Assembly (NCBI GenBank): GCA_000182565.2
Contig: KQ257455.1
DNA from: Spizellomyces punctatus DAOM BR117
Lineage: Eukaryota
DNA: 50,911 nt
Reading direction: 5' to 3' (one strand)
Shown: one piece after another, positions 1-11,900 of the stretch
Position numbering within the stretch: the stretch's first letter is position 1
Layout: every line of letters starts with the position of its first letter
Made by a program: the position numbers and the translations under genes
The notes under the pieces: model-generated
Told to the model about the DNA's origin: nothing
The model's input: only the letters and a program-made list of their open reading frames with translations
Database searches by the model: none

Positions 1-36
1 ACTCGACTGACCGGCGTTCGACTCCCCGTGTGTGAA
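1..36 (+). tRNA. 3' half of a tRNA (Glu/Asp-type layout), truncated by the window edge; possibly a pseudogene
   Basis: Reads AC|TCGAC (anticodon stem 3')|TGAC (short variable loop)|CGGCG-TTCGACT-CCCCG (T arm, one C:C mismatch)|TGTGTGA (acceptor 3')|A. The anticodon lies outside the window. Confidence 0.6.
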
Positions 37-1665
37 TTGGTTGGCTGGGACTGTAGTGTGCGTGGTGCGAGCAGCTACCTCCGTCTTCGGATTGGAGCTC
101 TATGATTGTTCCTAAGGCGGGGGGGAGGGCAGTCATAGGGAGGGCCCCGGCGGGTGAAAGGGGGCTTGCGTTATGTTTTGATATCTTGAAAGTTTTGTAA
201 CTATCCATTACGCCTTTGGCCATCTCGTCGAGTGTTGTTGAAAATATCTAATGTCTTTTGGGGCTATGCAGATGTCCTAGGCACACCAGTCTGTTTGATG
301 CACGTAGTGGAGCAGCACTTTTGAATCTAAGATACAATATCTCACTTGGTGTAGTTCCTGATTGGAACTGCCGACTTCTGAACGGTTAAAACTAACCGTG
401 AGTAGCTGCACTCCGCGCTAACAGATCAAACATTATCATCATTAAAGTGAAGGCCAGAGAGCATCCAGGTGACGTTCGCTCATGCTGGAGGGTTGCCGCA
501 CCTGGAGTGCATTTGACATGCCAGCGGGACAACCAAATGTGTGCGTGCCTTGTGAAAGTTCAAGAAACAGCCGCGATCTGTGGACGACGGCATCATATAT
601 TGGATCTAGTTTGAAGCATATTGACATCCCTTTAATAAATCACCATCGAATAGAATGGTTGGCCAAACTACATTGCATTACCGCAAAGCAATTGAAGCTA
701 CTCGAACTCTAGCGGGTTTGGAGTGAAACGAGGTGGTTCTAAACCCACAAAGAGCATTCCATGCTCATCAGTAAGCACATAAGGCTCTGACTGCTGAACG
801 GAATGCTATCACGATGGTCCGTATGCAGGGTTGACAGCTGCACGTGGATCTATCAATTGCACAGCAAATATGTCATCATTATTGTAGAGCGGGACAGAGC
901 GGGAAGAAGTGAATGTATCCGTGGAAATCGGTCGATGTTCACTTGAGACGAACCATCGGTTGATTTATTCGTATCTACTATGTACGACACGTACTAATAG
1001 CGGGAACCTGATCGATGGTGCCGGAAATGCAAGTGATTTCGGTTTGAGTGTTGCATGCACATGTTGGGGTCAAGGGATCTTTGTTGAAAGCCTTGGGGTC
1101 CCCTGGTTCTTGCTGAGCTAGACGCCGGAACCAATCGTTCCAGAGATATCTTTGTAGATCCCTGCCTGAACTTTGATGCGTTTTGCGTGTAATTACAAGT
1201 AGGACACTACCGACCATACAACAACCGATGAGTGTCTCTGATAGGCAGCGTGCGTTATGGGAGAGAGGCCATGCAGGCAAGGGGAAGACGACGACTTTAT
1301 ACATGTACGTATAATTATATAGTGACGCTCTCAAGTCGTCCAAGATCGGAGGGTAGCACTGAGTAGCTGGTAATCCACCATCTGATCTTTTTTTGTCGAC
1401 CGGAAGTCGTAGAATGGTAGGAGGACGAATCAGGATCCATTATATTGTGTAAGTATGGCTTTCCAGATGGGCTTGACGAAGTACGGATATCGTTCCCTGC
1501 TTGTGAGCTGGCGGTTTTCCCTAGCAGGTCCGTATACTCTTAGCATAGCAAATCACCCCTAACCGCCCACGTTGTCGAACGTGGGCTTTTATCCGCTGGC
1601 ATGTCTTCCCTCACATACCCAACAACCTTTGAGGTTAAAAAGGTGATGAGTATCAGAATGCCCTG

Positions 1666-1674
1666 TATATAAAA
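1666..1674 (+). promoter_or_regulatory. TATA box upstream of the isochorismatase-family gene
   Basis: TATATAAAA about 55 nt before the ATG at 1729. Confidence 0.55.
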
Positions 1675-1728
1675 GCGTCCATCATCCCGAAGGCTATTGT
1701 GCACGCGACTTTGAAGACAATCAACGCA

Positions 1729-2616
1729 ATGAGATTCTTATCGACCTTGACCGTCTTGGCTCTTGTTGGTCTTGGGTTCACAAACGGTATGGAAATTGAC
1801 AAACAATGTTGTACCCAGACCTCTCACGTAACCCCACACTAGCCAATGAATATACACGTCTCGATAAGAAGAATGCAGTGCTCCTTGTAGTCGATCATCA
1901 AGTTGGACTTTTCCAGCTTGTGAGGGACTACCCGCCGGATCAATTCAAAAACAGCATCCTTGCCCATGCGGCCATTGGAAAAGCTTTTCAGCTGCCGACT
2001 ATTTTGACGACGAGTGCCGAGCAAGGTGTGGCGCATCTCTGAAATACCTGGAGAGCATCGCAGCTAATATTATCAATCACAGGTCCAAACGGACCCCTGC
2101 CGAAGGAGATCATCCAGATGCATCCCAATGCTGCGTACATCAAACGCAACGGCGAAGTCAATGCATGGGACAATGCTGACTTCCGAGCAGCCGTTGAAGC
2201 AACGGGAAAAAAGCATGTCATCCTGGCTGGAATTACCACAGACGTACGTGTCGCTGCTTGTTCTTATTTATGCACCCTTTTGATGGCCGCTTCATTGTCA
2301 GGTTTGCACCGCCTTTTTGGCCCTTTCCTTAAGGAGCGCTGGTTATGAAGTATGGGCCAATACGGATGCGTCGGGAACATTCGACCAACGCACAGCCGAT
2401 GATGCAAACGATCGCATGCGTGCTGCGGGTGTAACTACGGCGGGAATGTTCGCCATTGTCATGGATTTGATGCGAGACTGGAGAAACACTCCTGGAGCTG
2501 CCGAACTGTTGCCATTTTTTGACCGATACTTGACTGCGTATGGCTATTTAGCCCGTGGTCATGCGGCGGCGGTTACCAATGGAACACTCCAACCGTCGGA
2601 GAGTAATTTGCTGTAG
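1729..2616 (+). CDS. Secreted YcaC-like isochorismatase/cysteine hydrolase family protein (4 exons)
   Basis: Exons 1729-1786, 1843-2025, 2083-2243 and 2302-2616 splice in frame. Signal peptide MRFLSTLTVLALVGLGFTNA; YcaC-type motifs YTRLDKKNAVLLVVDHQVGL, TTSAEQGPNGPL, RNGEVNAWDN, AGITTDVC (catalytic Cys) and DLMRDWR. Confidence 0.9.
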
Positions 2617-2878
2617 TTCAGGGCACCGTGAGGGGATGGCAAGCTCTAGTTCCGTAGCATCCATCTTCACCCATAACATTGGCAGTGTACAATAACAATC
2701 CGTTACAGCCCCATTTTTATGATTGTGACAGCTACGAGGCGGCATGTCAATCTGAACTACAGAAAACGGCACTGAAAGGAGCATCCCAGTTTGCCCTCAT
2801 TGCCGTGATTGCTGCAGCGAATGGAGTCGCGGTCGTAATCATCTAACCTTGCTCGAAAGGCTGGCCAACAGAATTTCC

Positions 2879-2894
2879 GTGTGTGTGTGTGTGT
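2879..2894. repeat. (GT)n microsatellite
   Basis: Run of GT dinucleotides, gtgtgtgtgtgtgtgt. Confidence 0.7.
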
Positions 2895-3323
2895 TTTGTG
2901 CGTTCTGTCGTTTATGAGATGAGTCTTTGGGGTTTGTATGCTTGTCATCTGTGAATAGCATAAGCAACCGGAAACCGTTCAAGTTCCATGAGGTCGGCGA
3001 CTGGTTCCCGTCTTTTGCTCAATAAGCCCAGAATGAGCGACTGCCGCGTTCTCATTACATTGGGACAGGAGTCTTAAAAAAGCCCAAGTCAAAACTGCGA
3101 AAAAAAAACGCGCAACTCGAGAGCATTTCACCTCATCCGGGAAAAACAAACGCCATCTTTCAAACAGTTTAGCGTTCGCATGCACACCCACATGCTCGTG
3201 GGCATTGACATCAAAGCTTTCTAGATAAAGATGGGGGGATGTGATTGAATGGTTTTTATACCTGATGCAGGCCTCAAGGGGTTCCGTCTTCAACAGTCAT
3301 TTCGACACCATTGTGCTGACGTA

Positions 3324-4434
3324 ATGGCAACTCATGTGAGCAGAACACTCAAATGTGGCTTATTCACAATAAGCCAGAAACCCATCGATTAGTTTCGCGT
3401 CGTCCCTCACGTGACACGCTTCGGTGAGCACATCAGCAAATGAACGGAGAGTTTTTGGGGAACTACAGTTTTCGGCGTTGCCGTGCATCGAATGATGGGG
3501 AAACCGTTACCGGTCTTTTCGCCAACGCCTCGGCGTCGCGTATCACGGACTGCAGATCTCCTTGCCATCAGGTCCGCTCCTGGGGCACTACTGGGCCCCG
3601 CCAGGTCACTTCGATTGTCCCTTTCCCGAGTCGAATCTGCTTTACAGGAAGCGACAGCTAGCACTTCTAGCTTGGCCTTGTCGGACACTGCAAATGATCG
3701 TCCGCCAACGTATGAAGACTCGGATGCTGATACGGATGTGGAGACTAACACCGCTGATGCGGTGGGAATTGAGTCGTCGCAGGGCCGAGTCAGGAGGAGG
3801 CCGGTGCTTGATGCCCGGGCTGCCGCATGGTTGAGAGGCGAAAGTCTGTCAGATATCACCGTACGTCAAAACGGTGAATTGGACATGGAGGACAATGCTG
3901 CTCAAGGTGAAAGGGCACTGGCGGTTGCCATACCCCTTCGCGTGGGCCTTGAAGACGTCACTTTATCGTCTGGTGATGATCGTGCAAACGCGGATGATGA
4001 CACCGAATCTCCTGTTGGCGGGCAGCTGGAGGCCCTTGGTGCGTAACATATTGTCAATGTTTTTACATATATCAACCCTTCCTGACGTTTTCACAACAGC
4101 CGATACGTTCCTCGCAGCGTCGAATTCCCTTCGCGCGAATGCGTCGGCATTTCGGAGCGCGGCACCGTTTGCGGGGCGACTCATTGGTGCTTCTTCGTCG
4201 AGTGGAGGAGGTGATTTGCTCCGAGAGAGGCTGCGGGAGGTTTCCGCAAGTCTTGGAAGGGTCGTCCAATGTTGTTCCCTTCAATGTGACGTGCTGAGTA
4301 TGATCATGAGTAAGTAATTTACAAACATTTGGGTGGCAGCATCATTTTCTAACAGATGTGCAGACTCCATGCATGCAGAAGCGAATTCGTCACGCGGTCG
4401 CCGGCTTCGCGAGCACCAAGTGAATAGCTCGTAG
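3324..4434 (+). CDS. Hypothetical multi-exon protein with acidic low-complexity centre
   Basis: ATG at 3324 with short GT-AG introns joining MATH|FRVVPHVTRF|VFGVAVHRMMGKP... to the 3483-4046 ORF and the downstream ADTFLAASNS... exon; stop near 4434. No family recognised. Confidence 0.6.
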
Positions 4435-4633
4435 ATGTACATAGCGGATTACTGCGATCGCCGACGACCGATAACTGCTAGCGATTCTCCTTCTTTTTTC
4501 TTGTTAATGTTTGGTTTTTTTGATGCGTCAGGCGCTTTTTTAAATGTATGTATAATTATTGGACTTTACGCAACGTACATACACCGCAGCAGACGAGTAT
4601 CGTGGTCGTCACATTAACTAAGTTGCCTCAAAT

Positions 4634-5236
4634 CTAATCTTTCTTCACCGACCCACCAACAACTTTTCCCCCTTTGATACCTTCAAGACCGGCAATTTTT
4701 ACAGGCTCTGCTCCCAGGCTTCTAACCTGCTGCTCAAGTGCATTCCTTTCCTTCCTGTACCGTCCCATTCTCAACAATACCATCTGCAACTGGTAAAGGA
4801 CGACAGCACAAAACAACGTAAAGCTCAGAATAAAAAAGTCACGTTGGACTCGATTGCGCTGAGAATATAGATTTTCCGCCGTGTACAAGTCCACCGGTTT
4901 TCGCGAGTACAAGCGATTCAGACGGCGAACCGTGTCAAGGAGGAGGAAAGCAACAAAACCGCATACTGTCACACAGACTGTACGTGTTGTCTTTAGACTA
5001 GCTCGATTGAAATTGGTTTGACGTTAGACGATAAAGCAACAAGGAGACATATTCCAGTCGACTTACACTGGGGAAGTTACCAATAGCTCCACGAGGGTTC
5101 GTCTAAACTTTATTTGAAAGGGAAGCGACAAGAGTATAATAGCTGCTCCTTCAGCAAATAGGAGGTATGTGACCAGCGACATGAGTGGGGTCCCAGAATT
5201 GGAGTCCCCCCAAAAGAGTTGATCAAAGAAAGACAT
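4634..5236 (-). CDS. BAP29/BAP31 (Yet-like) ER membrane protein
   Basis: Two exons (5236-5067, 4997-4634). Three hydrophobic segments, motifs LLFAE...LLSLPF, LLLDTVR and QRDFFILSFTLF, a C-terminal coiled coil and a lysine-containing tail (VKKD). Confidence 0.8.
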
Positions 5237-5462
5237 GAAGGTAGATTGACTGGATCGTACAAAGTGATGAGATGCAGAGTAGGCAGAAAATGTCGAAAAA
5301 TGGCAGCCAAGGAAGAGCCGGCATTTATCCAAGCTGTATGCAAAGGTTACGTCATGACTTTCCATTGAAGCTACTAAGCCACAGGCATTTCGGACCAACG
5401 CATGTCCGAATGATGGCCGGCCAAAGGCCCAGCGTGGGATCTTCGCGCCAGATGGGGAAAGC

Positions 5463-7323
5463 ATGGAGGGGATCCCTACCTGCAGCATCTGTTTGGAAGA
5501 GCTAGGTACCATCCCCGAAGTGCCCCTGGAAGAGGAATGTCCGTCCACTGTCGCCGGTTTGAAAGGATGTGCGTTTCTACTGGAGCTCTGCCAAACGCAT
5601 AAGACCTAACGGTTAGCTTGTAATTGCAGGTGGACACTTGTTCCATTCAGGCTGGTAATACCTTAATAGAGCATCGTACGGTCATATATGATACAAATTG
5701 ACCATCTTTCAGTATCCTCCTGAACCTCCGCATTCACAACACATGTCCAAATTGTCGACACCCCGTCAAAGGCCCAGCGAGAGGACGTTGCTCGATTTTC
5801 TTCGTTCCAAAAATTTCATACGAAGAGCCGATTGGGGTGATAGATGGAAGGTCCGTTGACGTGTCAAAAGAAGCCAATGGACAGGTGGGGATTCGTAGTA
5901 AGATTGGACCGCTCCAGTCTGGGCATGATACTAAACTAATCGCCAGACCAGCACAATAGAACACGTCCTGGAAAAGTGTCGCGTCCTCTCTACCCGTCTT
6001 TGCGAATCTGAAAGGCTGCTCAACGAAAGTAAGAAGGAGGTTCAGCTCCTTAACAAGGCAAAGGACGATGCGGAAGCGCATGCAGAACAGCTTCAGGAAA
6101 CAATCAAACTCCGAGATAGAGCGCTGCAGAGGGAGCGAAAACATATGGAGGAGTGCGATCGACAAACACGTCAGGAAGCAGATATCAAGATACAGGAGAT
6201 CAAGCGACAATGCGATAGTAGAGTTGACGAAATATCAGCATACTGCAGAACATTGGAGAGCAACTTGCGAAGAGCGGAACTAATTGCATTGTAAGGTGTT
6301 TGCACAATATGGACGAGTCTTCAATGCGGAGAACAACAAGGATTGAGCTAAGCTCACCATTAGACCACACACGTCCGATGACTTTACGCCGGCGTTCACT
6401 CAAGCTATTGAGCATCTGACAGAAATGAGTGATTTTAAGCTAGCGTTATATTCCTATCATCGGTGTGTTTCATGATTTCTTTCAAGCTTTGAGTGCTCGA
6501 TGGTCGTCAGTTTCTGAAAGATCCGTTTAGGAAGTTGGAAACATGTAAGAAAAGCCTGCAACAATGGAAGGATCGCGCCACAAGCCTATTGAAAAGTAGT
6601 AAGGAGAGAAAGTCAGAGCTTGCGGCTGCTCGGGAAATGGTAATATTACCTTGTTTACGTGCATTTTGTGCTACTAATGAGAATCTTTCTTCGCTGCACA
6701 GCTGCAGGACAAGACTGCACAACTGGCTCGCCTTCAAGAAACTCATGATATGGTCCAGAAGGATATACGAAGCCGGGAGCAGGAGCTAGAAAACAAAATT
6801 GTGGAACTGGGGAACATGAAGACACGATATCTTGCCGCGCAGGAAGAAATCATCATATTAAAGGGGCAGCTTGTTGAATGGAACCGACAAGAAATTGCTG
6901 TTAATGACTTTACACCATCGACGCATGGATCATCCGTGAAAGGGTCGTGGGATAAAGTGGGCGCTGCGTTTATGCAACGTTCGGATGCAACTGGAAAAAA
7001 AAGGACGACTACAGAAGTGCGCGATACCAACCCCTTTGCTGCAATTGCTGTTGCAGAGACCTCGACCATAAAGGCGCGGGGCAAACGGCCGAGTGATCAT
7101 TGCAGGGTACGTATGATGTACGCGCGGGACATACGTGAGTTAATAACATACTATCATTCGCACCTAGGATATGCAGATGGAAGATGGCAACAAGCGACAG
7201 CCGTCCGATCCGCCTGCTCCCAACGATGACAGGGCTGAGCCTGCGCTTACCAAGAAACGGAAGACTGTCAAGCAGGAGCAGCAATCGTTTATGAAGCAGT
7301 TCTTTAAGGGAACCGTTACGTAG
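5463..7323 (+). CDS. TRAIP-like E3 ubiquitin ligase: RING-H2 + coiled coil + C-terminal PIP box
   Basis: Spliced N-terminus CSIC...VAGLKGCGHLFHSGC...TCPNCR (C3H2C3 RING). Central coiled-coil exons; last exon has KKRK and QSFMKQFF (7282-7305) just before the stop at 7321-7323. Confidence 0.75.
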
Positions 7324-7390
7324 ATGCTATCAATGCAATCTCATGGATTAGGACCAACGGTGGAAACAAAGGATTCTTAAAAGTGGAATT

Positions 7391-8664
7391 TTATTCGGAA
7401 ACTCGGAGCAGCCAATGATTCTGGTCCAATTCAAGCCTTGTCCCGTAATCCTTGTACGTGTGACATGCCACCTCCCACTCAACTCCAAAGTCCGTTCTGG
7501 GTAGATTACAGATTATCGGTCATTTCGTGAAATTGGCCAGTTCAGTGCACATAGAAATGCGTACCTGAGGCCATACTTTTTGTCGGACGACAAATAATTT
7601 CCAGTATTGCAGTGTTTGATTAATACTGGGGTATTAGGCTGGGACGTTGTCCATTAGTATGCTAAATTGGCGGGAAGCAAGGAAGCCTTTGCCTTCGAAC
7701 TTACCGCAACGTCTTGTCCCTCCATTTCCAGGCGAAAGTTTGGATCGGGGTAGTCGAATTGCCTGTAGTCCAGTAACGAGTTATTTTACATACGATGATC
7801 GAGCTACAAAGACACAGAGAGGCCCAAACGTACCAGACGGAACGATAATCTCTGTTGAACGTTAGGTAGACTGCCTGGTCTTTTGACAATTTGGCATAAT
7901 TGAGGAAAGACTTTGGCTCGGACGTTAGGTACATCTGTAAAGCACATGCTATTAGGGAGACGCAACGCACACCACAAGTATCTTACGCTACCGGAGCATC
8001 GACCAGATCGCTGGTCACAACAATATAAAACCTTTCGCCAAACCGCGGCACAGACTCTTCAGTATTGCCATCCTCGTCCAATCTAACGAGCTGAAAACAG
8101 CTCCGCGCTGTAGGGCTTGTTTCAGTTGCACAAGTTGTCAATGCCAGTATGGTGCTTGGTGCTATATTGTCGGGGAAGCTGTCGGGGATGTCCGCGGATA
8201 GATGAGATTGGGTATGGCCATTCTACCGCATCTGGTGAGTTTGTAGTAGCGGCGTTGCTTCATTGCTCTCCTACCTTTAGCATGATGTTAGCATCGTAAA
8301 CCAATTTGGGAGAGAGAATTTGCTAAATGAAACTATCGATTAAACATCATTCATCTCTTGGAACAGTATTAGATGGAGAGAATTGTCACCTCCTTTCGAG
8401 CTGTCTTCGCTCTGCGCTCACCCTTCTTAACATTCGCCATTCCCTTTTCATAATTGGTCAAAAATTCTCTCATTTTTTCCTATTGAATTTCAATTCAAAC
8501 TGGTTTAAAGCCAACTCCATTGATACCGCTTGCGACATTCTTACCTCTCGCAACACAGACTCTTCAGTCCAGTTACCAGTCCTATGAGGGACGGTGTGGG
8601 GCAACTTTTCCAGAAGGTCGGCGGCATGCAGTCTTATCTCAACGGTCTCCGCAGTTTCCAGCAT
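7391..8664 (-). CDS. CFAP161: Cilia- and flagella-associated protein 161 (microtubule inner protein)
   Basis: Spliced product contains GNWTEE, PTARSCF, MYLTSE...AKLSKDQAVYLT, WQFDYPDPNFRLEMEGQDVAPNTPVLIKHCNTG and TDFGVEWEVACHTY...QNHWLL, matching the CFAP161/C15orf26 family. Not visible as a single ORF in the track. Confidence 0.85.
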
Positions 8665-8928
8665 GGCGGACGAGTTTATGTTGATGTCGCTGCTCAGATC
8701 CAGATTCGATACAGTAATATCGGAGTGTTTACGTCAGCCAACTGTCTCAATCAGTCCTAATGCACTCCAAGTGGTTTAAGGAACTGAAAGGATATATCTT
8801 TTCATCCAGGAATTATATACATGGCTTGGGCTGCAGTCAAAGCATCAAGCCTTTCTAGTCTATACAGGCATCCCTCAAAATAGTTCCGTAACAGTACATG
8901 AATGTTAAAATGTTAAATACAGGTGTTA

Positions 8929-11900
8929 TCATGGGCCCTCCACCACCGGCGTTGACTCGCCACCGCTTAGGAGACCGCGAGTCAATTCTCGTAGGGGCTC
9001 CAGTGCAGGCCATCGGTACGGAAAGTATTCCATGAAATACATAAAAAGTGATATCTAGTGATAGGATGGATTAGCCAAAATCACTGATAGCGGGTTACAA
9101 AGTGTGACACGTACCCATTTCGCTAGCGCGGGCGGCCAGCACCTGCAGGCACCGCTTGAGGACACGATCAATGAGGCCGGGGCATGCTCTTTAAATATTG
9201 GCTTTGAAAAAAGCGTGCTAAAGGGCAAGGAAGGCGTGAGCGTTAAGGTAGTCTGCAGAAAGAGCCCAAGGGGAATACCTAAATAGAAGCTGCGCAAGAT
9301 GAGCATAATTCTCTGCTGCGTGCTCTCGCGTTCCATAGTACACGAGCTGGTCCACAATATATGTAAACCTAAAGAACGCCTCTGACGTCTTATCCATTAC
9401 GATCTCCTGTGATTAAGAAATAAGCTCATGACTCCGGTTACGCAACAATGTGTTGTTGATCTTACCGGATGGGTCATCTGAAAAGCGGACTCTGATTCGC
9501 CAATCAAATCCGGGAAGCTATCGAACTCTTTCAGTAATCGTACAATATGATGCTCTAGTGCACCATAAGAATAGCGCGAACCCGATGCCGACTGTGGTAA
9601 TGTGTTAATCAATCTCTCTTCCGCTGCGCATAAAAGAAGGCACCATTACCTGAAATTCTGTCAGATATCCAAGGCTCAGCTTCAGCACAATAAACCGCCT
9701 CTCCTTTGGGCGTCTCCGGTTGTATATGGTAAGGTGTTCCACAATATACTTTTCCTAAGATACAATCGTGTGAGTAGGGTTACCATCACTTGAAGTTTGA
9801 AATCCAAGTTACCCTTCTCAGTCTATCCGTGTGCTTTAGCAATACATCCATTCGGGGAGTAATCTGCAAAACCGCCGAACGTTTCGGCGCGATGCCTACG
9901 GTCACACTGTGCCGATGCTTATGTGGCCCGGAGTGCACAGGTGAGCTGACCATCGAATGGGCAGCTGAGGGCTGCACCAGTGTTGAATCTGGCACTGAGT
10001 CTGTGTCGCTGTCACTGATAGTGACATCCTCCACCGCAAAAAACATGGTATCATTCATCACCCAGCAATCCAAAGGATCGGTTAACAGATTTCCCACTTC
10101 AATGGTGGCTTTTAGAGGGTGAAGCTGCAAAGCCCAAACGTCTTCCTCCTTGGCTACGGCTGATGCTCCCTCGTCTTTGCGCCTGAACATGCCACGAAAA
10201 ACAATCTCTTGATCCAAAATCTGCATTTGAGGTTGCCGACAGATTGCACGCAGATTAATAATCTTCTGATAGTCTTTCACTAGTCGACAGTTGATATAGA
10301 TCTCAACGTTCTTTTCTACGGGCTGGTTCGCTGCCGTCAGAGATGCCTGACGCTGAATTCCTGGAATAACAGGCTGCCCCGAACTTGGAACAGATTGCCG
10401 GCAGATGTTGTAAGTAGAATTGGCTGAAGGTCGCAGGCGTATGTACACCCTCGCTTGACTTTCTGGCTCCACTGTTACGTTTCTGAACAGCTTTGCACTT
10501 GTCCTGGACAAGGAAAACACGAGCTCCGTATCGTCGTCATGAGATATGCTACTGTGCACCGTAAATTCAAGGGGAACAGACTCGCGGTTGCAGATGATCA
10601 TGCTTCGTGCAGCATATTCAGTTCCAAAGTAAAGATGATCCATAACTATGGAAGATACATTCGCATCTGCCCCATGAACATACACGTCAAACACATGATT
10701 TGACGCAGGCTCAATTGCAACACCAGCGGTCACGTTTCCAGTATAAGCTGAGCCTGTCGATGTCGTCGCGGGCGTCCGCCGGATGTTCTGACGAGCAACA
10801 ATTTCCATTGAAACTCTGATGATTTTGGTATCCGCTGGATTATCAAGGTTTTCGATGAAAACGTACGTGGTGTAGACGCCCCTTGCACTGGTCATGAAAT
10901 TGACGCTGATCGTATGAGCGTCCCGCTGACCTCCACCACCGCTAGCAACAGACCGGGTGCCGTCAAGGGTGCCCTCTGTTCGACTAAAGGAGATCCAAGA
11001 CTTGTCTGCTTCGCTTAAGGTTCGAACGCGGTAGGAAATGCGGTCAGAAGACGGGTTTTCAAGGAGCAGCTTTTTCATGGCAACATTCGAAGCGAGGTCT
11101 TGTTGCCCGAGATCTAATTCGAACAGTCCCTCTATTTCCGATCCGCGTTCCGATATTCGCTTGCATCCGCGTAGCTGGATATGTCCTGGATTTCGGCGTA
11201 AAACAGGGATATTGAGCGAGTCGCTGACCGAAGGCCGGCTTGACACAGAGGTTTGTCCACGCTCAAAGCCACTCAGTGATGATGATGACATCGCCTCAGA
11301 GCACAGGAAGTCCTCGTCTCCTTCCTCGCCAGAAGATACAGGTTCCTCAACAGGTAGTTTCCCAATGATTGATTCCGTGGTCTTATCTGTCCGCTGTTCT
11401 GAGATAAAGAGCTCTGGAACAGTATCATTCGGGTCCGTCTCACTGCCAAGATACCTGCTTTCGAGCCTTCCCGTTATGTCTTCCACTATCGATACATATA
11501 CCACCTGCGGCGATCGACTGAGAGAGTTCTTATCCAATACAAGGACCTTGATGTCGTCAGATATGCCTCCTATTTGCGGGTCAAGGAGCTCGAACACCAG
11601 TTGCAACCGTCCTCCAGGACCAACGCTTCCGCACATATCCTCATCCAAAGGAGTAACTCTGAGTAAATTCGCAGCGTTCGGAAGTTCCATTGGATATTCA
11701 AAAACCACCTTGAACTCCAGCGGGAACGCTGCTGACAGGTTTGTCACCTCAACGATGGCACGCTGAGTCGGAATCATTAACGGTGAAGGGTAGTCGTGGC
11801 CGGATGTACTCTCGGACGCACTCAAAGCGCTCGACTGCCGTCGAATGGGAACGACACCGTCTTCATCCACGCCATCTTCGTCTTCCGAGTCTTCTTCGGT

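Noticed and set aside
200-1650. Short ORFs (442, 482, 909, 978)
   Set aside because: No motifs or consistent splice model; treated as intergenic or unrecognisably decayed.
7391-8928. Possible continuation of the giant gene to ~7.4 kb
   Set aside because: The giant gene reaches a stop at 8929, and the downstream exons form a separate CFAP161 gene.
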